A stretch of DNA of 64,000 nucleotides from an uncultured bacterium (GTDB lineage: Bacteria; Verrucomicrobiota; Kiritimatiellia; PWTM01), in the NCBI GenBank assembly GCA_938010045.1, contig CALLFZ010000003.1, positions 105,961 to 169,960 on the forward strand, given 5' to 3'. The notes beneath the pieces are model-generated. The model was not told where the DNA came from, ran no database searches, and saw only the letters and a program-made list of their open reading frames with translations. The stretch's first letter is position 1, and each line of letters begins with the position of its first letter. This document shows, piece by piece, positions 51,169-64,000 of the stretch. The translations under genes and the position numbers were made by a program.

Positions 51169-51990
51169 GTGAAACTTCAATGCGGACGGGGCGATCGCCC
51201 AACCGAGTGGCTGTACGGGCGGCAGGTGTTGCTCGAGGTCCTGCGGGCGGGGCGCCGCCGCTGCCACGCGTTGTGGGTCGCCGAAGGAGTGCGACCGGGG
51301 CCGACGGTGTCGGCGCTGAGGGACTGGGCGCGTCGGCGCGGTGTGCCAGTGAGGATCTGTGCAAAGTCCGAGCTCGACCGCCGCACCGCAAGCGCGAACC
51401 ATCAAGGGGCGGTGCTGGAGGCGGATCCGTTTCCGGAGACCGGATTCGATGAGCTGGTGGACTCGGCGCTTCGCGGGCCGGAGCCTCCGTTCCTTTTGAT
51501 GCTGGACCACCTGCAGGACCCGCAGAATGTCGGTTCGATCATGCGGTCCGCCGAGGCGGCCGGAGTGGGAGGCGTGGTGCTTGCGCGGGACCGCGCGTGC
51601 GGGGTCACGCCGGCGGTGGTGCGCGCGTCGTCGGGGGCGGTGGAGCACCTGCCGGTGGCGCGGGTGGCGAACATCGCGGCGGCGGTGACCGAGCTTGAGC
51701 GGCGTGGCGTTCGCGTGTGGGCGCTCGACGCGGTCGAAGAGGCGCGGCCGATCCACGAACAGGATTTGCGCGGCGCGCTGGCGTTGGTGGTCGGCGCGGA
51801 GGGTCAGGGGGTACAGAAACGCGTGCGGGCGGCCTGCGCGGGGTGTCTGCGCATTCCGATGTGGGGGCGGGTGGCGTCGTTCAACGCGGCCGTCGCGGCG
51901 GCGATGGCGATGTACGAGGTGCGCCGGCAGCGAATCACCGTGGCGGGCGGGGAGACGGGCGACCATGTCACTGCGGCACCGCGCAGTTGA
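51169..51990 (+). CDS. rlmB: 23S rRNA Gm2251 2'-O-methyltransferase (SpoU family)
   Basis: LYGR, NHQG, LDHLQDPQNVGSIMRS, ASSGA, GAEGQG, IPM.G.V.S.N. Confidence 0.88.
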   Translation: MKLQCGRGDRPTEWLYGRQVLLEVLRAGRRRCHALWVAEGVRPGPTVSALRDWARRRGVPVRICAKSELDRRTASANHQGAVLEADPFPETGFDELVDSALRGPEPPFLLMLDHLQDPQNVGSIMRSAEAAGVGGVVLARDRACGVTPAVVRASSGAVEHLPVARVANIAAAVTELERRGVRVWALDAVEEARPIHEQDLRGALALVVGAEGQGVQKRVRAACAGCLRIPMWGRVASFNAAVAAAMAMYEVRRQRITVAGGETGDHVTAAPRS

Positions 51991-52369
51991 GGAATTCGAG
52001 CTGCGGCTGCACGAGCTGTTCGGGCGGATCGACCGCGAGCTCGAGACTCAGTACGGCGGCGAGATTCCGCGCGATCCGCGCCGCCCGCCCGTCGGCTCGA
52101 CCGCGGATCACACCGCGGAGGGAGTATTTCGTCTCGGCGCGTCGTTCAGCGCGGGTTACGGCTCGGAGTACGGCCCCGGCTATGTGGTGGCGATTGACGT
52201 GCGGGCCGCGCGGCCGCCACCGCCGGAGTTGTCCGCCCGGATCGAGCGGCGCGCAATCGAACGGCTGCGCCAGGAGCTGGCGGCGGAGTTTCCCGACCGC
52301 GCGCTCGAGGTGGTGCGGGACGGACCAGTCTGGAAAATCATCGGAGACCTCTCGCTCGGCCAGGCCTGA
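51965..52369 (+). CDS. Conserved hypothetical protein
   Basis: Protein-like ORF (IDRELETQYG, FSAGYGSEYGPGYVV, GPVWKIIGDLSL) overlapping the rlmB end. Confidence 0.7.
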   Translation: MSLRHRAVEEFELRLHELFGRIDRELETQYGGEIPRDPRRPPVGSTADHTAEGVFRLGASFSAGYGSEYGPGYVVAIDVRAARPPPPELSARIERRAIERLRQELAAEFPDRALEVVRDGPVWKIIGDLSLGQA

Positions 52370-52404
52370 ACGAGCCGTTTGGAGCCACACGGGGAGTGGT
52401 CGGC

Positions 52405-52453
52405 CGTGCCATGGTTGGAACGGAGCGCGGGGGGGGCGTCCAAGGCTTGGACG
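52405..52453. repeat. Paired 17-bp palindrome element, copy 3 (reverse orientation)
   Basis: cgtgccatggttggaac (52405-52421) and cgtccaaggcttggacg (52437-52453); 32-bp offset; between convergent genes. Confidence 0.75.
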
Positions 52454-52482
52454 GGCGAGGGGTGCGGATGCGAGACGGCGGT

Positions 52483-55348
<2,866 letters not shown>

Positions 55349-55402
55349 CGGGCAGCCCGCGGCGGCGTCGGACCGACGGCGCGGACAACGACCGGAAATC
55401 GG

Positions 55403-55594
55403 TTACTTCGCGCTGGCGGCGGCGGCCGCGCGGCTCCGCGCACGCGCGGCCTTGCGGCGGCGCTGCTCGGACGGCTTTTCGTAATGGCGGCGAGCGCGCA
55501 ACTCGCGCAGCACACCCTCGCGGTCGAGCTTCTTCTTGAGCCGCCGGATCGCCTTGTCAATCGTTTCGCCTTTGCGAACCTTGACTTCGGTCAC
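55403..55594 (-). CDS. rpsU: 30S ribosomal protein S21
   Basis: [22 protein letters not shown]...R.RRHYEKPS; GTG start after a GGGGTG RBS-like sequence. Confidence 0.95.
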   Translation of the reverse strand: MTEVKVRKGETIDKAIRRLKKKLDREGVLRELRARRHYEKPSEQRRRKAARARSRAAAAASAK

Positions 55595-55654
55595 GTTGTT
55601 CTTCACCCCTTTCCCGTCGCGCTTCCCGCGCACGAGACCATCCTCAAAAGACGA

Positions 55655-55683
55655 ATCATAGGGCAGATTCGTCGGGACGTCAA
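55655..55683 (-). promoter_or_regulatory. Sigma70-type promoter for rpsU
   Basis: TTGACG-N17-TATGAT on the minus strand, about 60 nt upstream of rpsU. Confidence 0.7.
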
Positions 55684-56364
55684 ACCGGCCGCGATGCTGA
55701 GACCGCGCATGGGACCTCCAGCCGGCACGAGGAGAGCAGGCCTTCGTTCGGTGCTGTGGCTGCCGATCGCCCATATTCTGCGACTCGCGACGGGGAGCCG
55801 ATGCGGACGCGGAAAAAAGAAGTCACGGAAACCGAGGCGTTCGCGTGCCCAAAATGTTCGAGAACGCCTGAGATCGCGGTATCGGTACGGCGAATTGAGC
55901 GCGGCGATGGAGCGGGTCAGAGTCGAACCCCTCGTGTAGGCGTGGTGGTGCTGCGTTTCGGCGCCTCCGCGACTGGGCCTGTGTTCGCCGGCCACATGCA
56001 GCCTCCATGAGACCATGCGACCAATGAGACCATGGCCCCGACTGACAGGGGCGGTGTATCGAGAAATGTCGGTCGGCGCCGGCGTGATGGCCGTCCTCGG
56101 GATGGGGCATTGGCTGGCGCGGCGCCGGCAGGGCTGGACGTGGCCAAACTCAAAGAGCGGGCTGACGACTTTGACCTGTGCGGCAGGCGGGGTCGCGTCG
56201 GGCGGGGGCCTCATCTAAAAATTTCGGACGAAGGTGGCCCCCGGATCGGATGCCGGCATGAGCCGACCATCACGAGAGTGGCTGCACCCGGCGTTTTTTC
56301 CTGCCCTGCTTGGTGGTTGCCCGGGTTGATCCCCGCCGAATTTTGCAGCCGAATTTTGCACTTG

Positions 56365-57362
56365 GGCCTGTCCCCAATCGAACACACTAGGCGTGCCCGT
56401 CCTCGGCATCGGCAGCCGGGCCATCCTTCCTTGACGTGCCTGTTCCCAGTGGTCCCCCAACCGCCGGCCCGAGTGCCTGTTGTCGGGGACAGGCACCACA
56501 ACCGGCACCACAACCAAACAAGTGGGGACAGGAACCACAACCAAAAGAGTGAGAGGGAGAGATTCGTGCGTAGCTCGCGCATGTGCCTGTCCCCAGTTAC
56601 GGAGTGGGGACTTACGGAGTGGGGACAGGCACTCCCTCCTCGCCCCAGGGCAGGCCCGACCGCCAGACGCCACTCCTCGCCCTACATGCCCGGGCCCAAT
56701 GGGGACAGGCACCAGGAAACCCTCGCTCCGGCGGCGGAGCGCCGGAGCTACAGCGGCTGGAAGTGCGTGCCGGAAGTGCGTGCCTGTCCCCAAGGGCGGC
56801 TCGGGGTCCCTGTCCCCAGTTCGCGCGCATGGCTCCGGCGGCGGAGCGCCGGAGCTACAGGGGCGGCGCGCGTGGGCTCCAAACGGGGGACAGGCACCGG
56901 TCAAGAAGTCAAGAAGTTACAGTAGAAGATGTAAAGCGAGATTGTTGCGTCGTTTGCGCTCGTGCCTGTTGCGCTCGTGCCTGTCCCCAATGCCTGTCCC
57001 CAATGGCAGTCCACAATGCCTGTTGCGCTCGTGCCTGTCCCCAATGGCAGTCCACAATGGCATAGGGGGCAGCAAAGGGGACAGCAAAGAGGACGGCCCA
57101 AGGGGGCCCAAGGGGACAGGCACCTGGAAACCCAAGGGGACAGGCACCAGGAAACCGGCACCAGGAAACCCTCGCTCCGGCGGCGGAGCGCCGGAGCTAC
57201 AGCGGCGGTGCGCGTGTGCCTGTCCCCATGACGACTCCATGGCGGCTGGCGCGAGGCGACGATCGCCAAGTACTCTCTGCGCCCACCCAGACTGCCTGTC
57301 CCCGGCAGACCGACCATCCGCCCCCGAGCTCTGTTCCCAAGGGCCGCGAGGTGCCTGTCCCC
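56365..57362. repeat. Mosaic REP/BIME-like repeat cluster B (inverted homologue of cluster A)
   Basis: 12 perfect 12-mers (+: 56485, 56621, 56701, 56886, 57112, 57136; -: 56583, 56780, 56977, 57031, 57216, 57351) plus variants; three minus-strand GTAG-hairpin 27-mers (56725, 56832, 57174). Confidence 0.9.
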
Positions 57363-57629
57363 AGCGACCACCCCGAACGCCACGCTCGACTCGGCGTTTG
57401 GTGGCTAGCGCCGCGCCGCTCCCCATGTTCTCGTCTTCCCCCACAGAACACGTTCAGCCCTTCCTCAACACGCTCACAGGAGCTTCTTGGCCCGCAAGGT
57501 CTGGAAGACGCGTCGGATGGCTTCAAGATCGGAAGAGTCGTCGAGGCGATCCCAACCGAAGAGCGAGGGGGTGTCGCGAAATTCACGTGGGCTTGATCCA
57601 CCGCACCTTCGACCCGGGTCCAGGCCTGA

Positions 57630-59662
<2,033 letters not shown>

Positions 59663-59666
59663 GACT

Positions 59667-59732
59667 GCCACCCCGACGGCAGCGGGATGCCGGCCGCGCC
59701 TCGGCATCCCGCGCCGTGTTTCCTGGGGTGGC
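59667..59732 (+). promoter_or_regulatory. Long intercistronic hairpin between gap and pgk
   Basis: GCCACCCC/GGGGTGGC, ACGGC/GCCGT and GCGGGATGCCG/CGGCATCCCGC nested stems; no U-tract. Confidence 0.6.
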
Positions 59733-59749
59733 GAGGAGAGACGAGGAGC

Positions 59750-61009
59750 ATGAACAAACTGACGGTTCGCGATGTGGATGTCCGCGGGCGGCGGGTGCTC
59801 TCGCGGGTGGATTTTAACGTGCCGATCCAAAACGGCCGCGTGGCCGACGACACGCGCATCCGCGGTGCATTGCCGACGATTCAGTACATCCTCGAGCACG
59901 GTGCTTCGCTCGTGCTCATGAGCCATCTCGGCCGGCCCAAGGGCAAGGGATTCGAGCCGGCGTTCTCGCTGCGGCCGGTGGCCGATCGCCTCGCGGAACT
60001 GCTGGGGCGGCCGGTGAAGTTCGGTCCGGACTGCGTGTCCGAAGAGACCGTCGCGATGGCCCGCGCGCTGAACCCCGGCGAGGTCATGCTGGTGGAAAAC
60101 ACGCGCTTTTATCCGGACGAGGGCAAGGTCAAGCTGCCCGAGACGGCGACGGAGGAAGAAACGAAGGCCGCGAAGGCCGCCGTGAAAACGGCGCAGGCCG
60201 AGCTGGCGGAGAAGCTCGCGAAGCTCGGCGACGGCGAGGTGTTCGTGAACGACGCATTCGGCTCCGCGCACCGCGCGCACGCCTCGACCGCGCTGGTCTG
60301 TAAGTACTACCGCTACAACGTCGCCGGCTTCTTAATGGAGAAGGAGATTGAGTACCTGAGCCGCGCGCTCACGAGCCCCGAGCGGCCGTTTGTTGCGATC
60401 CTCGGCGGCGCAAAGGTCAGCGACAAGGTCAACGTGATTCAGAACCTGCTCACGAAGGTGGACGCCCTGCTCATTGGCGGCGCGATGGCCTACACCTTCT
60501 ACCGGGCCCGCGGCCTGCCCACCGGTGACTCGCTCGTCGAGACGGACAAGGCCGACCTGGCGCGCGAACTGATCGAGCGCGCCGCGGCCGCGAACGTGAA
60601 GCTGCTGCTGCCGGTGGACCATGTGATCGCCGACGCGTTCGATGCATCTGCCCGCACGGAGGTCGTCGGCGAGAGCGGCATCCGCGACGGTTGGCGCGCG
60701 CTCGACATCGGACCGGAAACGATCCGGCGCTTCTCCGAGGTCATTCGCGGCGCGAAGACGGTCGTCTGGAACGGCCCGATGGGGTGTTTCGAAATGGAGC
60801 CATTCGCGACGGGCACCTTTGCGATCGCGCGGGCGATCGCGGAAACGAAGTGTCTGAGCATCATCGGCGGCGGCGACAGCGTGAGCGCCGTGAATCGCAG
60901 CGGCCTGGCCGACAAAATGAGCCATATCAGCACCGGCGGTGGCGCAAGCCTCGAGTTTCTGGAAGGCAAGGAACTGCCCGGGGTTGCGGCGCTGACCAAC
61001 CGCTCTTGA
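59750..61009 (+). CDS. pgk: Phosphoglycerate kinase
   Basis: GAGGAG RBS; [41 protein letters not shown]. Confidence 0.98.
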   Translation: MNKLTVRDVDVRGRRVLSRVDFNVPIQNGRVADDTRIRGALPTIQYILEHGASLVLMSHLGRPKGKGFEPAFSLRPVADRLAELLGRPVKFGPDCVSEETVAMARALNPGEVMLVENTRFYPDEGKVKLPETATEEETKAAKAAVKTAQAELAEKLAKLGDGEVFVNDAFGSAHRAHASTALVCKYYRYNVAGFLMEKEIEYLSRALTSPERPFVAILGGAKVSDKVNVIQNLLTKVDALLIGGAMAYTFYRARGLPTGDSLVETDKADLARELIERAAAANVKLLLPVDHVIADAFDASARTEVVGESGIRDGWRALDIGPETIRRFSEVIRGAKTVVWNGPMGCFEMEPFATGTFAIARAIAETKCLSIIGGGDSVSAVNRSGLADKMSHISTGGGASLEFLEGKELPGVAALTNRS

Positions 61010-61019
61010 GAGCTCGGAC

Positions 61020-61541
61020 GTGAAGCCGTTGCGTTGGATGGGGGTCACGGCGGCTTGGCTGGCGGCGAGCGCGACGTTCGCGTCATCGCCGGCCGAGGGC
61101 ACTCTCGAGGTCAGCGCGATCATCCGGGGCGATTCGACCGGTTTCGGTCCGCGGCATGTCGTGGCGGTATGGGTCGAGGATGCAAACGGACGGTTCGTCC
61201 GCACCTTGGCGGTGGAGGGCCGAAAGCAGTGGCGGCGCCTTGAGGCGTGGCGCGCGGCGGCGGGGCGGGCGGCCGGACCGGATGCGGTGACCGGGGCCAC
61301 TCGCACCGACTGGGGACGGTTCTCGGCCAGCTGGGACGGTACGATCGAGGGGGGCCGGACCGCGCCCGACGGCGAGTATCGGGTACGCATCGAGACCACA
61401 TGGTGGAATGGCGCGGGGCCCCGCGTGGATGACCTGAAGTTCACGAAAGGGCCCACGCCGCAGCAGGCCACTCGACCGGACGTCGGACCCTTCCGCGAAA
61501 TCCGCCTCGATTGGACACCCGCCTCCCGCGCCGGGCGATAG
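61020..61541 (+). CDS. DUF2271-domain exported protein
   Basis: Signal peptide; VAVWVED.NG.FVRTL, DAVTGATR, WDGT, GEYRVRIE. Confidence 0.75.
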   Translation: MKPLRWMGVTAAWLAASATFASSPAEGTLEVSAIIRGDSTGFGPRHVVAVWVEDANGRFVRTLAVEGRKQWRRLEAWRAAAGRAAGPDAVTGATRTDWGRFSASWDGTIEGGRTAPDGEYRVRIETTWWNGAGPRVDDLKFTKGPTPQQATRPDVGPFREIRLDWTPASRAGR

Positions 61542-61909
61542 TCCGGCATCGCCGGCTGCCGGCGCGGGCGGCACCGCTTCATCGCCGCTGTCTGGTGGAA
61601 ACGGTGGGGACGAGAAACTTCATGCGTTGAAGTGGGGCTCGCGCCGCGGCGGGGTGCGAACTTGCGGGATTGGGAGCGTCGCTTCGGGCATTCTATGTCC
61701 GAGAACGTCGCTGAGGTCGAGATCCCAAGGGCGCCGAGCGCGCGGGGTAGGGTGAACGATCTGGAGCTTCCACCGTTCAACCGGCACGTGGTGTCTGCAC
61801 CCACTTGTGAAGGGCGGTCATCGCCCGCGTCGGCGCCGCAGGTGCACAGCTGCCCATGCGCGTTCGTGTGGGCAAGATGGGGAAGCGATGTGCCCTTGGC
61901 CGAAGCGCT

Positions 61910-62518
61910 CTATTTAATGACCTCGAATTGGGAGGCGAAATCAACGGTCGAGGCGCCTTCGGCGCGCGGAACGATCGCGACCTGGATGAAGCCCTTCGGC
62001 AGTTTGGCGAGCTGCGGGACCTGCCAATTCGACACGAGCATGATCTTCGGGCGCGGATTCGGCAGGGCCGCGAGATCCGCGGCGGTGAGCGCCGGGGGCG
62101 GCACGAACAGGATCAGGAGTTTTGCGGAGGCGTGCCGACGGATCAGTTCTACAAAATCGGATTTCCGCACGGCTTCCCCGGTGCGCTCGATCTCGGGGTT
62201 GATGGGCAATCGTTCCTCGGCGCGCAACAACAAGCCGCGGGTGGTCAGCGCGGCACGAACGCCGGCGAGCGCCCGCGCCGAAAACGGGTCGGCCATTTCC
62301 GGCGTACGTTCGACATCGACGAGAACAATCTCCCCTCCGGCCCCCGCCAAGGCAAGGCCCTCATCGAGTGCAGCCGCGGTCAATGCGTCCGCGGCCTGCG
62401 TCAACTCGGCCGGAGGGGTGGGTGTTCGGCGGCACGCGGGCGCCAGCACGAGCGCCGCGGCCAGCGCGGCGACGCCCATGCCCGTCACGCGGCTCGGCGG
62501 CATGGAACGATGGTTCAT
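61910..62518 (-). CDS. Hypothetical (possible lipo)protein
   Basis: Hydrophobic VAALAAALVLAPAC segment; co-oriented directly downstream of the prepilin-like gene. Confidence 0.6.
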   Translation of the reverse strand: MNHRSMPPSRVTGMGVAALAAALVLAPACRRTPTPPAELTQAADALTAAALDEGLALAGAGGEIVLVDVERTPEMADPFSARALAGVRAALTTRGLLLRAEERLPINPEIERTGEAVRKSDFVELIRRHASAKLLILFVPPPALTAADLAALPNPRPKIMLVSNWQVPQLAKLPKGFIQVAIVPRAEGASTVDFASQFEVIK

Positions 62519-62539
62519 CGGGCATCTCCGCAACCGGAA

Positions 62540-63253
62540 CTACCAGTACAGTTCCACTGGCGCATAGTAGGAATACGTTAGATACAACGATTCCGGCGGT
62601 TTGTTCATCACGCCGCCACCGCCGGTGCACACCTTGCAGACCTGAGGGCGGGCCGGGCCAGCGTGGGGAAAGGAAAGCCAGAATTTCACGTTCCGCCCCT
62701 CCTGTGGCGAGGGCCGCGGCGCGGAGCAAATATCGGCCAGCAACACCATGCTCTCGTTGAGATCGGCGCTGCTCTGAGGGTAGGCTGTCTTGTATTTTTG
62801 AACGGCACCCTCCGGAGCTCCGTTGTAGGCGTAGCCGATGCGAAACTCGTTGAAGGTCGCCTGGCTCGTGTTCGGGTTCATCCAGTTGGCCGGGCCACGG
62901 TTGACTGGATCCTGCCGCATCAGGGAAGGACAGTACCAAATCAGCGGCGGCAGACCTTGGCGGGTCATGTACGCGGTGATGATTTCATTCTCGCCCAGAT
63001 GGAACGTTGCAGGGTTGTCCGCGTTGGCGGGCGGCAGGCGGCCTGCGTTGTCGGCCGCGTATTGCATCACGACCTTGTAACATTGGGTGAGATGGTTGCT
63101 GCAGGCGGCTTGGCGTGCTCGTTCCAGCGCGGGGCCCAGCGTCGGAACGATCAGCATCATCAAGATCGCGATGATGCCAATGATGACGAGCATTTCCATG
63201 AGCGTCACCCCACGGCAGCGCGCGCGCGGGTCCGTTGGGCGGGTCTGAGTCAT
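62540..63253 (-). CDS. Prepilin-type N-terminal cleavage/methylation domain protein
   Basis: RG|VTLMEMLVIIGIIAILMMLIVP.L..A.E.AR...CSNHL, WYCPS, late FPH motif; start uncertain. Confidence 0.82.
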   Translation of the reverse strand: MTQTRPTDPRARCRGVTLMEMLVIIGIIAILMMLIVPTLGPALERARQAACSNHLTQCYKVVMQYAADNAGRLPPANADNPATFHLGENEIITAYMTRQGLPPLIWYCPSLMRQDPVNRGPANWMNPNTSQATFNEFRIGYAYNGAPEGAVQKYKTAYPQSSADLNESMVLLADICSAPRPSPQEGRNVKFWLSFPHAGPARPQVCKVCTGGGGVMNKPPESLYLTYSYYAPVELYW

Positions 63254-63610
63254 CGTCTGCATCACCAACATCATGATCGTACCATCACACCGCCAACCTG
63301 TCACCCTGTCCCCATGCCTCGCCACCGTCGGCGGCTCGAGGCCGCCCGGCGATCCTACGTGCGAAGGTCCGTATGCGAGACACGGGATGGGCCGTCGGCA
63401 CGATGCGGGCAGGCCCGCTGGGAATCGGGACTTCCTTCCTCATCCATACCCGGCGCCGACGACTGGGAGGGCTTGATCCGCGATCCTGAGGTGATGTTTG
63501 GAATTTGATGCGACCCCGATGATGCGATGTGGGTGGGGTTCAGGTCGCGCCGAGGAGGCGGGCACGGCATACTGACGGGCTCTGGCTTCGGCCAGTAGGA
63601 GCCTGTGCGG

Positions 63611-64000
63611 ATGACGAACGCCGGAGTACCCAACCGTGAGAACGCCGCGGCGCGAGCCGAGGAGCCCGCGCGGCAAGCGATGCGCCTACACCCATTTTAC
63701 CGCGGCAAGATTGAGACAGGAATCAAGTGTGCGGTCCGCCGCATGGAGGACTTCGCGATCTGGTATTCGCCCGGCGTCGCCGCGCCGTGCCGCGCCATCG
63801 CGCAGAATCCGGCCGCCGCCGACGAGCACACGAACCGAGCCAACACCGTTGCCGTGATCAGCGACGGCAGCCGCGTGCTTGGCCTCGGCGACATCGGCCC
63901 GCTGGCTGGACTCCCCGTGATGGAGGGAAAGGCTCTCTTGTTCAAATACCTCGGCGGGGTGGACGCCGTGCCGTTAGTGGTGGACCTGCATGACGCCGAC
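63611..64000 (+). CDS. NAD(P)-dependent malic enzyme (3' partial; not in the ORF track)
   Basis: AGGAG RBS; LHPFYRGKIE, WYSPGVAAPC, VAVISDGSRVLGLGDIGP.AGLPVMEGKALLFKYLGGVDA. Confidence 0.93.
   Translation, partial: MTNAGVPNRENAAARAEEPARQAMRLHPFYRGKIETGIKCAVRRMEDFAIWYSPGVAAPCRAIAQNPAAADEHTNRANTVAVISDGSRVLGLGDIGPLAGLPVMEGKALLFKYLGGVDAVPLVVDLHDAD

Noticed and set aside
55801-56036. Small CPKC-containing ORF and a short (ga)ccatga-like tandem repeat
   Set aside because: A single CxxC, no RBS and no recognisable family; the repeat is short and imperfect
56215-56424. Minus-strand ORF beginning MARLP next to a 12-mer variant, as a RAYT transposase
   Set aside because: Only five residues resemble a RAYT N-terminus; there is no HUH or catalytic Tyr motif in the 69 aa. 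At most a remnant, and unsupported without a search

Overview
A high-GC, densely coding bacterial chromosomal segment. Gene content suggests a diderm PVC-superphylum organism, but this is inference only. It holds about 50 CDSs: a type IV pilus/T2SS core (pilT, secretin, pilB, pilC), cca, dsbD, a waaA operon, accA, an ftsH-folP-cdaA-cdaR-TPR operon, araB, hypF, ctpA, three secreted coiled-coil/TPR genes, rlmB, rpsU-gmd-rmd, gap-pgk and a partial malic enzyme. It also has tRNA-Arg(CCT), tRNA-Thr(TGT), a probable 6S RNA and several decayed genes. The most unusual content is non-coding. (i) Two mosaic repeat clusters (about 36.6-37.4 kb and 56.4-57.4 kb) are inverted homologues. They are built from 20 perfect GGGGACAGGCAC 12-mers and 5 identical GTAG-hairpin (REP-like) 27-mers, with many 12-15 nt tandem duplications whose junctions fall in the 12-mer, and no intact transposase in the window. 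(ii) A paired 17-bp palindrome CGTCCAANNNTTGGACG occurs at three unrelated intergenic sites, each time with an exact 32-bp start-to-start spacing. (iii) A recurrent TANNNT-N6-ATG motif suggests leaderless genes. Product calls come from motif recognition by eye; no database searches were run.
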